Below, in pieces: positions 36,394-47,491 of a stretch of 64,000 bases of DNA. This DNA comes from Desulfosudaceae bacterium (GTDB lineage: Bacteria > Desulfobacterota > Desulfobacteria > Desulfobacterales > Desulfosudaceae). Both the position numbers and the translations under genes were made by a program. The notes below the pieces were generated by a model. The model was not told the DNA's origin. It was given only the letters and a program-made list of their open reading frames with translations, and ran no database searches. Location of the stretch: NCBI GenBank assembly GCA_963674745.2, contig CAXXDV010000003.1, forward strand, positions 2,560,001 through 2,624,000, given 5' to 3'. Each line of letters opens with the position of its first letter. Positions within the stretch are counted from its first letter, which is position 1.

Positions 36394-37200
36394 TTACCTT
36401 AAATTTTCTTCGACAATCTCCCCGGGAGGAACAGGCTCGGCGCCAGGTGAAGAAACGGCCATCTTCCGTTCCAGATCATAGATGCGGACTTTCAGGGCTT
36501 TTAATTCATTTTCAACCGATCTGGTCGCGGCCTCAACAGACGGCATCAGGTTTTTCTGAAACTGGTTCAGCATGCCGCGAACCGTTTCCGTATCCGGTTT
36601 AAGGGCCGTCATATCCTTGAGGCCGGCCAGATGGGTTTCAACCGTTTCAAGCTGCTGGCGCAAGGCCAGCAGCTGACGTGACGCTTCAGCCACGGCCGAC
36701 GACAGTTTTTCCATGTCCTTGCGCAAACCGTCTACGGATGAAGCGTTTTCCCTGTTTTCCGCGGTCAGGGATTTAATGCTTTTTTGATTGGCTTTTACGC
36801 TGCCCTGATATGTCTTGAAGTCGGCCGAGATACTTTTAAACTCGCTCCGGATGCTTTTCACGGCCTCGGCATTGTGACTGATTCTGGCCAGTTCCCTGTC
36901 CACAGATTCCTTTTGCGCCGCCAGATTATTCTGCATGTCATTCAGGCGGACATCGTATCGTTGGGAAAATGACTGCACCGTTTCCGAACCCGTATGCTGA
37001 AAATCATTCACTTTTTTGGTAATACTGAAATAGGCCAGAACCCCGACCACCGCGATCAGGCAGGGTATAATGATGGATATAAAGGTGACTTTCCATCCCA
37101 GGCTGTCCACCTTTTTTTCCAGGTGTTCACCGGCGTACTCACCGGCATGGTCTTTGTGGTCGAACGAAAAGGTAAAATCTCCGTCATCCGGGAAGTCCAT
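36394..37200 (-). CDS. Single-TM coiled-coil protein
   Basis: One TM segment near the N-terminus followed by long heptad repeats. Confidence 0.65.
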   Translation of the reverse strand: MDFPDDGDFTFSFDHKDHAGEYAGEHLEKKVDSLGWKVTFISIIIPCLIAVVGVLAYFSITKKVNDFQHTGSETVQSFSQRYDVRLNDMQNNLAAQKESVDRELARISHNAEAVKSIRSEFKSISADFKTYQGSVKANQKSIKSLTAENRENASSVDGLRKDMEKLSSAVAEASRQLLALRQQLETVETHLAGLKDMTALKPDTETVRGMLNQFQKNLMPSVEAATRSVENELKALKVRIYDLERKMAVSSPGAEPVPPGEIVEENLR

Positions 37201-37206
37201 CAGGCA

Positions 37207-38736
37207 TTACTCCCACTCAATGGTGCTGGGCGGTTTGGAACTGATGTCATAAACCACCCGGTTCACACCGGAGACTTCATTGATAATCCGGTTGGATATC
37301 CGGCCGAGCAGTTTATGGGGCAACCGGGCCCAGTCGGCCGTCATGGCGTCTTTGCTGGTCACGGCCCGGATGGCCGCGATATGCTCGTAGGTCCGTTTAT
37401 CGCCCATGATGCCCACGCTCTTCAAGGGCAGAAGAACGGCAAAAGACTGCCACAATTTGCGGTAATAACCGCTCTTTCGAATCTCATCCAACAGCACCGC
37501 GTCCACCTCACGCAACAGGTCCAGTTTTTTACGGGTCACCGGTCCGATAATGCGGATGGCCAGCCCGGGACCGGGAAACGGCTGGCGGTGGATCATGTCC
37601 TCGTCCAGCCCCAGGGTCTTGCCGAGGGCACGGACCTCATCCTTGAACAAAAACTTGAGCGGTTCCACCAGGGACAACTTCATCCTGGCCGGCAGGCCGC
37701 CCACATTATGATGTGACTTGATCACCGACGAGGGGCCGCCGAAGGCCGAACGGGACTCGATCACATCCGGGTAAAGCGTCCCCTGGGCCAGAAATTCGGC
37801 GCCCTTGACCTTTCCGGCCTCCTGTTCAAACACTTCCATAAACACCCGGCCGATGATCTTGCGCTTTTTTTCCGGATCCGCCACACCCGCCAGGGCCTTT
37901 AAAAAGCGGCCCGAGGCCCGCACATAACGAATGCGCAGATTCAGGTGACGGGTAAACACCTCTCGCAGTTTTTCGGCTTCATTCTTGCGTAACAGGCCGT
38001 TGTCCACAAAGATGCAGGTCAGGCTATCTCCGATGGCCTGGTGAATCAGCAGCGCCGTCACGGAAGAATCCACGCCGCCGCTTAAGCCCAGCACGACTGT
38101 TTTACCGGCCGTGGCCTGGCGGACTTCCGCGATTGATTCTCTGGCAAAGGCTTTCATGGACCAGGTTTTCTTACAGCGGCAGATATCAAACAGAAAATTG
38201 GCCAGGATGCGGGTGCCTTCCCGGGTATGTACAACTTCAGGATGAAACTGGAGCCCGTAAAAATCGCGGGTGGTATCGGCAATAACCGCCGCTTCCGTGT
38301 TTTCGGTAGAGGCGATGACTGAAAAGCCGGGGGGCATTTTCTCCACCGAATCACCGTGGCTCATCCAGCAGGTGGACGTTTTACTGATCCCTTTTAAAAT
38401 TCTGCCGATTTTTGAGACCGACAGCTCGGCGAACCCATATTCTCTTTTACCCGCCGGTGCCACTTTTCCGCCCAGTGTCTTGGCCATGAAATGCATGCCA
38501 TAGCATATACCCAGCACCGGTATACCCAGATCAAATATCCTTCTGGTAATTCCGGGGCTGTTCTTCTCATAAACCCCGGAGGGCCCGCCGGAAAGAATAA
38601 TGCCTTCCGGTTTCATTTCCTTAATGGCTTTGACCGTGATATCCGGCGGCTCGATCCGGCAATAAACTTTGCACTCCCGGACCCGCCTGGCGATCAGCTG
38701 GTTGAATTGAGAACCAAAGTCAATAATCAGTATCAT
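37207..38736 (-). CDS. guaA: GMP synthase (glutamine-hydrolysing)
   Basis: [40 protein letters not shown]. Confidence 0.97.
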   Translation of the reverse strand: MILIIDFGSQFNQLIARRVRECKVYCRIEPPDITVKAIKEMKPEGIILSGGPSGVYEKNSPGITRRIFDLGIPVLGICYGMHFMAKTLGGKVAPAGKREYGFAELSVSKIGRILKGISKTSTCWMSHGDSVEKMPPGFSVIASTENTEAAVIADTTRDFYGLQFHPEVVHTREGTRILANFLFDICRCKKTWSMKAFARESIAEVRQATAGKTVVLGLSGGVDSSVTALLIHQAIGDSLTCIFVDNGLLRKNEAEKLREVFTRHLNLRIRYVRASGRFLKALAGVADPEKKRKIIGRVFMEVFEQEAGKVKGAEFLAQGTLYPDVIESRSAFGGPSSVIKSHHNVGGLPARMKLSLVEPLKFLFKDEVRALGKTLGLDEDMIHRQPFPGPGLAIRIIGPVTRKKLDLLREVDAVLLDEIRKSGYYRKLWQSFAVLLPLKSVGIMGDKRTYEHIAAIRAVTSKDAMTADWARLPHKLLGRISNRIINEVSGVNRVVYDISSKPPSTIEWE

Positions 38737-39198
38737 AATCTTCCCCGTCTTTTGGACCCGCAAAAACCGGCCTGGAATCTGCTCGATGCTCCAGGGCCCT
38801 TCTCCGTTTGAAATTTCGCCGGCCCCGGCATCGCAAAAAAATACCCGTTTCAACAGCGCCGTTAAAAGAAATAACGTTCCCTTCTACGGCAAAGGCATCC
38901 ATCAATTGAGGTTGCAATATTTCAGAAAAATTCAATTTTTACAAGTTCTTTTTGCAAACCGTCGCCTGCCCGAAAAGGGGCTGTAAAGGCAAAAAATATC
39001 AGGTAATGCTTGACTTACGGTTGTCATCCGGTTATAAAAAAAACTGCATTTCGTTTCGGCAACCTGATTCATGTTTCACTGAACACTAACCTGAAATTTT
39101 CATGATCCTTATTTATTTGCGTACAATTTCAAACGATGTGCTTTTATGAACGGGCATGTGCCCGTTCCCCTTAAAACCCGCAACGAAAGGAGACAATC

Positions 39199-39408
39199 AT
39201 GGGTGACAGTGTTTACAAAATCATCAACCTTGTAGGGACCAGCCCGACGTCCTGGGAAGAAGCGGCCAAAAACGCCGTGGAGCGCGCCTCTAAAACCCTG
39301 GAAGACCTGAGGGTCGCTGAAGTTCTTGAGCTGGACATGAAAATCGAAAACGGCAAGGTTGCCGCTTACCGGGCCAGCATTAAAGTTTCGTTCAAGTATA
39401 GAGATTAA
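39199..39408 (+). CDS. Dodecin family protein
   Basis: VYKIINLVGTSPTSWEEAAKNAVE...YR..KVSF; AGGAG RBS. Confidence 0.92.
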   Translation: MGDSVYKIINLVGTSPTSWEEAAKNAVERASKTLEDLRVAEVLELDMKIENGKVAAYRASIKVSFKYRD

Positions 39409-39449
39409 TCCTGAAGTCTTACAGTTAAAGTGTGAAGTATACGGTTTGA

Positions 39450-39486
39450 CAAAAGGCGGGTCGGACGGGTTCCGGCCCGCCTTTTG
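39450..39486. terminator. Bidirectional intrinsic terminator
   Basis: CAAAAGGCGGGTCGGA / TCCGGCCCGCCTTTTG between convergent genes. Confidence 0.8.
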
Positions 39487-39580
39487 TTTACGTATGATCT
39501 GATGGATTTTTTTAATACCGGTTTTACGCTTCAGCTTCCCGACTGTCCCGGGACGACTCATCTTTATGAAGGGACAGGGA

Positions 39581-40345
39581 TTATGCCTGCGACAATTTCA
39601 GGATGTCACCAAAAACCCCGCTGATATCATCCCGAACAACGGCGTCCGCCAGCCCGTCCAGGGGCGTGGCGGTGTTGTTGACAATCACCAGACGCGCGCC
39701 CTGCTGTTTGGCGATAACGGGAAACCCCGCGGCCGGCTGGACCACCAGCGATGACCCCACCGCGATAAACAGGTCGCATTTGGCGGACAGGGCGGCCGCC
39801 CGCTGCAGATCTTTTTCCCGCAGGCTCTGACCGAAGGAGATGGTGGCCGGTTTCATAAGACCGCCGCAGGACTCGCACGTGGGCGCCTCATCCCCTCTTT
39901 TGACCCGTTCACAGACGTCGTCCATGGGAACAGACAGGCTGCAGGCAAGACAGGCCGCCTCATGCAGCCAGCCGTGAAGCCGTACGATCTTATCCGGGGC
40001 CAGGCCGGATTTCTCGTGCAGGCCGTCAATGTTCTGAGTAATCAGTCCCAGCAGCCGGCCTTCGGCCGCCAGTCCGGTAAAAAAGCGGTGGCCGTCGTTG
40101 GGTTGTGCGTCCCGGATGGCCGGCCAGCTTTCCACTTTCTGACGCCAGTACTCCACCCGGTCTTCATGATTATTCAAAAACGCGTCAAACATGACGGTCC
40201 GGTTTCTGGCCCAGACGCCATCCGGGCTTCGAAAATCAGGGATCCCCGACCCGGTGGATATGCCGGCACCGGTAAAACCGGTGATGGCGGTTGACTGCCG
40301 GATCCAGTCGGCGACGGTTGCGATATCATTTTTAATAGCGTTCAT
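39581..40345 (-). CDS. Sir2 family NAD-dependent protein deacylase
   Basis: TGAGISTGSGIPDFR, TQNIDGLH, HG, CxxC...CxxC, GSSL.V.PA. Confidence 0.93.
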   Translation of the reverse strand: MNAIKNDIATVADWIRQSTAITGFTGAGISTGSGIPDFRSPDGVWARNRTVMFDAFLNNHEDRVEYWRQKVESWPAIRDAQPNDGHRFFTGLAAEGRLLGLITQNIDGLHEKSGLAPDKIVRLHGWLHEAACLACSLSVPMDDVCERVKRGDEAPTCESCGGLMKPATISFGQSLREKDLQRAAALSAKCDLFIAVGSSLVVQPAAGFPVIAKQQGARLVIVNNTATPLDGLADAVVRDDISGVFGDILKLSQA

Positions 40346-42318
40346 TTTACGGTCCTGCCTTTTTCGGCGGCCTGTTCTTTCGCATACGCCAGAACAGACA
40401 GATATTGCTGTTCCAACCCGGCGAATGTCCGTTTGTTAAAATCAATAACCGATCGCCGATTCTGAATGGCCCGCCACCCTTTTTCAAGAATATCAACCGC
40501 CTCATGCGGCCGCCCGGCAACCATCGCCACCCGGGCGGATTCCATGAACAGCATCAGGTCAAAACGCCGGGTCGGCCGGGCCATGACTTCTTTAAACACC
40601 GTTAAAGCGGGCTCCGTTTGATTCTGGCGCAACAGTGTCTGGCCGCAGAGCATCAGGGATAATGAATGTCGATCAGTTGCTTCCACCAGGCCGCGGGCAA
40701 CGGCCAGTGCCGCCTCCTGTTTCCCCGCCATTGACAACTCCGCAATCTGATTCTTGCAAAAATAATAATCCGGAACCGTCGGCAGGGGATGGTTCATCAT
40801 AAATGCCGTGTCTTTTTGATGGCCGTCATGACCGAATGTGTCTAGAAACGCCTTCAACCGGTATCTTTTGGTTACATCATGCATCAGGGCATATGATAAC
40901 GGCGGCTGGTCTAGGAGCGCCATCAGGCCGGCAAAGGTCTTTTGATAATTTTTTACCATCAGTCTCTTTTTAAGCCCGGCCGTCACCCCCATATGTCGCT
41001 CACATTCTATTTGAGACGGAACACGAACGGCAGGCTCACCGGTCAGATGCAATGCCAAACCTGGACAGATCTCGGCGGCAACCCGGTAACTGCCCTCTGC
41101 CGTAAAATGGACGATATCGGTAAAAAACGTCTCATCCGACAAGAAACCGAAAGGGCTTGCCTTTTTTATCGCTTCGGCCACATCAACCAGATAAATCGCG
41201 TCTTCTGAAGAGACGGCGGATATTTCGCGAACCACTCCGTTTAAGACGTCCAACCCCTCTGAATGGCCGGCGGAAAGCCGTCTTGCCCGACGGTAAAGGT
41301 CATCCGCTTTTTTCGGTCGGTCCAAAGCCCGGTAGCAGAACGCCATATGACACAGGGGGGCGGCAAATTGCGGAAAATAATTAAGGAATCGTTCATAGTA
41401 AAATATCGCAGCCGGATACTCTCCGGCACGTTCATAATCATACGCCTGGCGCACCAACGACAAATTGGCTTCGACCTCCTCAAAACGGGTATTTTTTGAA
41501 AACGGCTCGGCAGTGCACAAATTTTTCTGATTATGCGCATAAGTACATAAAAAAACAGGGACACCCTTTTCTTGACAAAGGGCTGCGATCTTATTCATGT
41601 TGTGCCGATAAACGGCCCTGACAGACGCCACCACCTCCGGTTTCAATGTTCGAAACGTGTTGAAATGTCGATAATCCTCCTGATTGACGAAACAATCGGG
41701 AATCTGCCGGATATATTCGCCGGCAACATCAACGGCCAACTGATATGTTTTCAGCCTTTTTATTGTATATATCGTTTCTTCAACCACAGATATTAACTTC
41801 GGGGAAAGCGGGCCCTTTTCCATGACGACGCCCCTCCCGAGATCGTTTCCGGCTTCGTAACAGACAACGGCATCCGGCTTGAGGAAAAGCGTGTCTTTTA
41901 AAATTCGGGCCATAGAGCCGGTGGTCAGAGAGGGGAAGGCCAGGCTGACAACGTCGATTTCACGTTCAGGAAACAGGATTTCCAGCATGGCTGCCAGGTA
42001 TCGGGCAAACCCGAGATCAGGTGCGAAATAGCCCCCGTATGCCGCCGATCCGCCCAGAACAAAAACACGAATAACCCCTTCCGGTTTGTTAACCGGCATA
42101 TTCAGAAACACTTCCCGGCTGGAATTGATCACACTCAGGCTCGTATACGGCAGCAGCGCGCAGAGATTCAGCACCGCCTTGTCTCCGGTTGCGGTCGACT
42201 TCCGGAGGGCATACGATGTGCTGTAGCCATAATCAAAAAACCGAAGCCCCAGCTCCAGTAATATAAAAAGCAGGACGGGCACAGAAAAGAAAATGATGGC
42301 TTTTTTTAATGTTTTCAT
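40342..42318 (-). CDS. Membrane-anchored SGNH-like protein with TPR repeats
   Basis: ELGLR anchor, RVFVLGGSAA, GND, DIVH, TPR-like helices. Confidence 0.7.
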   Translation of the reverse strand: MKTLKKAIIFFSVPVLLFILLELGLRFFDYGYSTSYALRKSTATGDKAVLNLCALLPYTSLSVINSSREVFLNMPVNKPEGVIRVFVLGGSAAYGGYFAPDLGFARYLAAMLEILFPEREIDVVSLAFPSLTTGSMARILKDTLFLKPDAVVCYEAGNDLGRGVVMEKGPLSPKLISVVEETIYTIKRLKTYQLAVDVAGEYIRQIPDCFVNQEDYRHFNTFRTLKPEVVASVRAVYRHNMNKIAALCQEKGVPVFLCTYAHNQKNLCTAEPFSKNTRFEEVEANLSLVRQAYDYERAGEYPAAIFYYERFLNYFPQFAAPLCHMAFCYRALDRPKKADDLYRRARRLSAGHSEGLDVLNGVVREISAVSSEDAIYLVDVAEAIKKASPFGFLSDETFFTDIVHFTAEGSYRVAAEICPGLALHLTGEPAVRVPSQIECERHMGVTAGLKKRLMVKNYQKTFAGLMALLDQPPLSYALMHDVTKRYRLKAFLDTFGHDGHQKDTAFMMNHPLPTVPDYYFCKNQIAELSMAGKQEAALAVARGLVEATDRHSLSLMLCGQTLLRQNQTEPALTVFKEVMARPTRRFDLMLFMESARVAMVAGRPHEAVDILEKGWRAIQNRRSVIDFNKRTFAGLEQQYLSVLAYAKEQAAEKGRTVK

Positions 42319-42424
42319 GGCAGGCTGCCTGCTCCGCCTCATCGGTTAAGGCACTCAATGAGCGCACGATTTGATGAACCCAAAAATAAGCATTTTTTAA
42401 GACGGCCGTGTAAAAAGTTCAAGG

Positions 42425-43348
42425 TCAAGGCTTGCAGAAATATTTGCCCTGCCAGGAATCCCTGTCCGCCATTGTTTTCTGTATCGCGGCCAGTGTTTCT
42501 CTTTTCCGCATCGCCCAGAGCGGCGCGACCAGGTCGGCCGGGTGCGGATCACCGGTCAGGCGCTGGATGATCATATCTTCGGGCAGACGTTCTAAGACAT
42601 CACAAACCCGGTCCACGTATTCCTGCTGCTCCATACAGTGATAGGCGCCTTTGGCCAGCATCCCCACCAGGGGAGTGTTTTTAACCACATATAACAGGTG
42701 AATTTTCACCGCGTCGATTCCCAGGCGGCCGACAACTTCAGCGGTGTGCAGCATATCAGCGGCTGTTTCTCCGGGCAGTCCCAGAATGATGTGGGCGCAG
42801 ATTTTGACACCCCGGTTTTTCGTCATCTCAATCGCTTTTTCCACGCAGGCGAAATCGTGCCCCCTGTTGATCAGGGCCAGGGTTTTGTCCAGGGCTGACT
42901 GCACCCCGTACTCCAGCCAGATCAAGTAACGATCGGTATAATTCTCCAGGAGACCAAGCACATCCGGATTGACGCAATCCGGCCGCGTCCCCACCGACAG
43001 CCCGACGATATAATCTTCGGCCAGGGCTTCGTCATACAGCTTTTTCAACCGGTCCAGCGGCGCATAGGTATTGGTATAAGCCTGAAAATAAGCGATAAAT
43101 TTCGTCGCTTTATAACGGCGGGAAAGGACTTTACGACCGGCCCGCAACTGTTCGGTCACGGACAGCCCGGCCGCATGGGCACCGGTACCCGACCCACGGT
43201 TGTTGCAGAATATACACCCCGATCTGGACAATGTGCCGTCCCGATTGGGGCAGGCGAAGCCGGCGTCGATAGTGATCTTATGAACCCGGCATCCGAATAG
43301 GGATCGGAAATAGGTATTCAGATCATTATAGCGTTTACGCTCCGTCAT
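42425..43348 (-). CDS. TIGR01212 radical SAM protein (YhcC/YtqA-MnmL-like)
   Basis: CPNRDG...GCIFC, YFQAYTNTY, GTRPDC, NRGH, KIHLL, QRLTGD. Confidence 0.9.
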   Translation of the reverse strand: MTERKRYNDLNTYFRSLFGCRVHKITIDAGFACPNRDGTLSRSGCIFCNNRGSGTGAHAAGLSVTEQLRAGRKVLSRRYKATKFIAYFQAYTNTYAPLDRLKKLYDEALAEDYIVGLSVGTRPDCVNPDVLGLLENYTDRYLIWLEYGVQSALDKTLALINRGHDFACVEKAIEMTKNRGVKICAHIILGLPGETAADMLHTAEVVGRLGIDAVKIHLLYVVKNTPLVGMLAKGAYHCMEQQEYVDRVCDVLERLPEDMIIQRLTGDPHPADLVAPLWAMRKRETLAAIQKTMADRDSWQGKYFCKP

Positions 43349-43407
43349 CTTCTTGACCTGATTCTAAAAGCCATATACTTTTATATAATAAATAATATGA
43401 AAATACC

Positions 43408-45288
43408 ATGACCACAGAAAATTATGACATCATTGTCATCGGTGCCGGCCATGCCGGTTGCGAAGCGGCCCTGGCAGCCGCCAGGATGGGTTGCGCCGTA
43501 CTGCTTCTGGCCATTGACCTGGATAAACTCGCCGTCATGCCATGCAGCCCCTCCATCGGCGGCATGGCCAAGGGACAGCTGGTCAAGGAGATCGACGCCC
43601 TGGGCGGTATGATGGCCCGGGTTGCGGACGCGACCGCCATTCAGTATAGAACCCTTAATACCCGCAAAGGCCCGGCGGTTCAGTCCACCCGTACCCAGAA
43701 CGACAAACACCGCTATCACGCGTTAATGAAATCGGCCGTAGAAAGCAGCCCGGGGATTGATCTCAAGCAGGCGCTGGTCACCCGCCTGGTCGTCGAAGGC
43801 GGAACCGTCACAGGCGCAATCGATCAGTCCGGTTACGCTTATTCAGCCAAAGTCGTGGTCATCGCCGCCGGCACCTTTCTGGGCGGGCGGGTCCATATCG
43901 GATCGGTATCTTATGACGCGGGCCGGGCCGGAGAATTCGCGTCGGTCGAGCTGGCCGGTCAACTGCGCGACATGGGCTTTACCACCGGTCGCATGAAAAC
44001 AGGAACGCCGCCCCGGCTTGACCGGGACAGCATTGATTTTTCAAAATTCGAAAAACAGCTTTCCGAAACCGCCCCCCGGCCCTTTTCGTTCTCGGGCCCC
44101 GGTCCGACCTTGCCCCGGGTCGCGACTTATCTCGGCCGCACCCGGCCGGAAAGCGTGGCCCTGGTCAAACGGCACCTCAAGGCGTCTTCTCTTTACGGCG
44201 GCTACATCACCGGCGTGCCGGCCCGTTATTGTCCCTCGTTTGAGGACAAGGTGGTCCGTTTTCCGGAGCGGGAAAATCACCATGTCATCCTCGAACAGGA
44301 AGGGCTGGAAACAAAGGAAATTTATGCCAGCGGCCTGGGCAACAGCCTGCCACTGGACATTCAGATCCGGTTCGTGCGATCAATCGAGGGGCTTGAGCAG
44401 GCGGTTATCATGCGTCCGGCCTATGCCATTGAATACGATTATCTCAACCCCCTCCAGCTCTTTCCTACCCTGGAGACCAAACTGGTGAGCGGTCTGTACC
44501 TGGCCGGTCAGGTCAACGGCACTTCCGGTTACGAGGAGGCTGCCGCCCAGGGACTGTGGGCCGGCGTCAACGCGGCCTGCAAAATCCAGAAACGGCCGCC
44601 GTTTATACTGGACCGGTCCCAGGCATACATGGGCGTTATGATTGACGACCTGGTGACCAAAGGCACCATTGAGCCCTACCGCATGTTTACCTCCCGGGCG
44701 GAATACCGCCTGATCCTGCGCGAAGATAATGCCGATATCCGCCTGGCGGCAATCGGTCATAAACTGGGGCTGGTAACCACCGAAAGCCTGGAACGGATCA
44801 ATGAAAACATCAAATCAATTGAAAAAGAGATCCGCCGTGTCCGCAAATCCCTGGTTAAGCCTACCGATGAGACCAACCGGCATCTCGCGACCAGGCATGT
44901 CCCACCGCTGAAAGGCAGTGTCACCGCGGAGCAACTGCTCAAACGCTCGGAACTGACCTATGCCGACATCCGGGTTCTGGCGCCACCGCCGGAACCGATT
45001 CCGGACGACATCACACGGCAGGTCGAAATCGAAATCAAATATGAAGGTTATATCGACCGTCAGCAACGGGAAATTGAAAAATTCCGTAACCTGGAGAAGC
45101 AGAAGATACCGGACGGCTTTGACTATTCCGTCGTTCCGGGCCTGTCCGGCGAATTAAAAGAAAAACTGTCGGCTGTCCGTCCGGCATCACTGGGGCAGGC
45201 ATCGCGCCTGGACGGTATGACACCGGCAGCCATGTCGGTGCTGATGGTTGCCCTCAAGGCCGCAACAAGCAAAGGAAAATCATCATGA
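43408..45288 (+). CDS. mnmG: tRNA uridine-5-carboxymethylaminomethyl modification enzyme
   Basis: [55 protein letters not shown]. Confidence 0.97.
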   Translation: MTTENYDIIVIGAGHAGCEAALAAARMGCAVLLLAIDLDKLAVMPCSPSIGGMAKGQLVKEIDALGGMMARVADATAIQYRTLNTRKGPAVQSTRTQNDKHRYHALMKSAVESSPGIDLKQALVTRLVVEGGTVTGAIDQSGYAYSAKVVVIAAGTFLGGRVHIGSVSYDAGRAGEFASVELAGQLRDMGFTTGRMKTGTPPRLDRDSIDFSKFEKQLSETAPRPFSFSGPGPTLPRVATYLGRTRPESVALVKRHLKASSLYGGYITGVPARYCPSFEDKVVRFPERENHHVILEQEGLETKEIYASGLGNSLPLDIQIRFVRSIEGLEQAVIMRPAYAIEYDYLNPLQLFPTLETKLVSGLYLAGQVNGTSGYEEAAAQGLWAGVNAACKIQKRPPFILDRSQAYMGVMIDDLVTKGTIEPYRMFTSRAEYRLILREDNADIRLAAIGHKLGLVTTESLERINENIKSIEKEIRRVRKSLVKPTDETNRHLATRHVPPLKGSVTAEQLLKRSELTYADIRVLAPPPEPIPDDITRQVEIEIKYEGYIDRQQREIEKFRNLEKQKIPDGFDYSVVPGLSGELKEKLSAVRPASLGQASRLDGMTPAAMSVLMVALKAATSKGKSS

Positions 45289-46322
45289 ACCGGATACTCG
45301 TGCTCAGGCGGCACACGCTCAACATACCGTTAATACTGTTAATAACACTTTTTTTCTTCAACAGCGCCTTTGCCGGGGATACGGTTTTTCAAGAAAAACT
45401 CGGCCTGATTAAAGCTAAAAACTTAAAACACTATAAATTCTCAGGCAAATCCGACCTGGCAGACCGGATCAAAACAGCCCCTGACTTTGTGCTCGCATAT
45501 TGGAGTAAACAGGACGACCGGTCATACACCGCCTACAACCTGTCCGAAGATGATCTCCGGCTTACGCGGCAGTGCCTGGCACTTCTCCCGGGAACATATA
45601 AAACCATTTTAAAAGAGCGGCTTATCGGCATCTATTTTGTAGAGGACTTCCTCGGCAGCGGGCTGGCCGACTATGTCGTGGATGAAAATGATAGGATCTA
45701 CACTATACTGATGTTCAATCCCGCCGTTCTGAAAAAGGACCTGTCGGAACTGGTGACCGAAAAAGAGCGCACCTGCTTTATTCCCGACCGTCCCGGCACC
45801 TCGATTTCCATCACGCTGGATGACACCTTGCCCGGCCTTATTTATATCCTGCTGCATGAAGCCACTCACATTGTCGATTACATCAATCGCTACACCCCTT
45901 ATGTGGAACCGGACATGATCAAAATTCAGGGCAAAAACGTCAACCAGACGGCTTTCACCGACGGGGTCTGGAGCGATTATAACCGGTTCAAGGATACGAT
46001 GGATTTTAAATATAAGGACCGGGTGACCTTCTACGGGATGAACCAGGGGCCGAAAATCAACATATCAAATGCAGATGACGTCTACCGGGCTCTGGAAGCT
46101 GTTCCGGTGGCATCCATATACAGTACCTTCAACTGGGCGGAAGATTTTGCCGAATACATGACCTTCTATTATTTAACCCGAAGGCTTAAAACAGACTACA
46201 CCATCACGGTGTCGGCTAACGACAAAGTTCTCTATCAATATCAGCCATTTGCTAAAAAACAGGTGGTTGATCGGGCAGGGCAGCTGCCCTCGCTGCTTCG
46301 GCAGGGATCTGATCCGGAGTAA
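45285..46322 (+). CDS. Secreted protein with HEXXH motif (putative zinc metallopeptidase)
   Basis: Signal peptide, [10 protein letters not shown], downstream AEDFAE. Confidence 0.6.
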   Translation: MNRILVLRRHTLNIPLILLITLFFFNSAFAGDTVFQEKLGLIKAKNLKHYKFSGKSDLADRIKTAPDFVLAYWSKQDDRSYTAYNLSEDDLRLTRQCLALLPGTYKTILKERLIGIYFVEDFLGSGLADYVVDENDRIYTILMFNPAVLKKDLSELVTEKERTCFIPDRPGTSISITLDDTLPGLIYILLHEATHIVDYINRYTPYVEPDMIKIQGKNVNQTAFTDGVWSDYNRFKDTMDFKYKDRVTFYGMNQGPKINISNADDVYRALEAVPVASIYSTFNWAEDFAEYMTFYYLTRRLKTDYTITVSANDKVLYQYQPFAKKQVVDRAGQLPSLLRQGSDPE

Positions 46323-46340
46323 AATCTTTTTAATTTTTTC

Positions 46341-46368
46341 TTGACATATAAAAAATTGAGAATATTAT
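46341..46368 (+). promoter_or_regulatory. Sigma70-type promoter of rplM-rpsI
   Basis: TTGACA-N16-TATTAT with a T-rich upstream tract. Confidence 0.55.
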
Positions 46369-46403
46369 TGCAAGATTATATCGATACTAGGAGCAAGAAG
46401 GTT

Positions 46404-46838
46404 ATGAAAAAATATACATACAGCGCAAAAACGACGGATAACGAAAACAAGTGGTACGTGATCGACGCGGAAGGGCGCGTACTGGGAAGAATGGCCACGG
46501 AAATCGCCCGCCGCCTGAGGGGAAAACACAACCCCCTGTTCACGCCGCATGCGGATACCGGGGATGCGATTATTGTCGTTAACGCGGAAAAAATTGTTCT
46601 TACCGGCCGCAAGTGGGACGATAAAATGTATCACCATCACAGCGGATACATGGGTGGCTTAAAATCCATTACCGCCAAACAGCTTCATGAAAAACAGCCG
46701 GAAGAGCTGGTGATTCACGCTGTCAGAGGGATGCTGCCCAAAAACCGCCTGGGAAGAGACCTGCTGAAAAAATTACGGGTCTACGTCGGGCCGGATCATC
46801 CCCATGAAGCGCAACAACCCCAACCGCTTGAAATTTAA
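46404..46838 (+). CDS. rplM: 50S ribosomal protein L13
   Basis: [35 protein letters not shown]. Confidence 0.98.
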   Translation: MKKYTYSAKTTDNENKWYVIDAEGRVLGRMATEIARRLRGKHNPLFTPHADTGDAIIVVNAEKIVLTGRKWDDKMYHHHSGYMGGLKSITAKQLHEKQPEELVIHAVRGMLPKNRLGRDLLKKLRVYVGPDHPHEAQQPQPLEI

Positions 46839-46865
46839 TTTAAAACTTTTCTTATCGAGGAAACG

Positions 46866-47258
46866 ATGGAAGAAAACATAATTTACGCAACAGGAAAAAG
46901 AAAGACCGCCATTGCGCGTGCCTGGTTGAAACCCGGAAGCGGGAAAATCACCGTTAACGACAAAGAAGCCGATGATTATTTTACCACGCTTATGGTGCGA
47001 AACCTTCTCCGCTCCCCGCTGACGTTCACCGAAACAGCCGACAAATTCGATATTAAACTGAAGATCACCGGCGGTGGTATGACCGGTCAGGCCGGTGCGG
47101 CCAGACACGCCCTCAGCAAGGCGCTGACCCTGTTTCAGGCAGATCTGCGTCAGCCGCTGAAGGCCGCCGGGTTTCTGAAGCGGGACGCCCGTATAAAAGA
47201 ACGAAAAAAATACGGTCAGCGCGGTGCCCGGGCCAACTACCAGTTCTCAAAACGTTAA
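46866..47258 (+). CDS. rpsI: 30S ribosomal protein S9
   Basis: ATGKRKTA.AR, GGG..GQAGA, ERKKYG, QFSKR. Confidence 0.98.
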   Translation: MEENIIYATGKRKTAIARAWLKPGSGKITVNDKEADDYFTTLMVRNLLRSPLTFTETADKFDIKLKITGGGMTGQAGAARHALSKALTLFQADLRQPLKAAGFLKRDARIKERKKYGQRGARANYQFSKR

Positions 47259-47282
47259 TTTTTCTTCTCCACAGACTGATTC

Positions 47283-47318
47283 AAAGGGCGACGGCTTCGG
47301 GCCATCGCCCTTTTTTTT
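47283..47318 (+). terminator. Rho-independent terminator
   Basis: GGGCGACGGC / GCCATCGCCC stem followed by T8. Confidence 0.85.
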
Positions 47319-47491
47319 ATGGCCCCTGGTTCCCGCTTTACCGGCGACACTTCTTTCTTGAATCGCCACCCGAATTACGTTACAAAAACAGAGTCTAAGC
47401 AAAGGCTCGTCAGAAGCTCAATTTCGGCCTTGCGTCCCGCCTCTCGTTAAGGCGGCGGCGCTGATTTCACAATGGGGGAACAACCAACGGA

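Noticed and set aside
38737..38853. ORF-track N-terminal extension of guaA (also those of queC, HAD, fimT, kdsB, rplM, oppF and the CGS gene)
   Set aside because: Family homology and RBS positions point to downstream starts.
38950..39010. Possible c-di-GMP-I riboswitch (GCAAACC...GAAA) between guaA and dodecin
   Set aside because: No convincing GACGCAAAG segment or second stem; an Rfam search would be needed.
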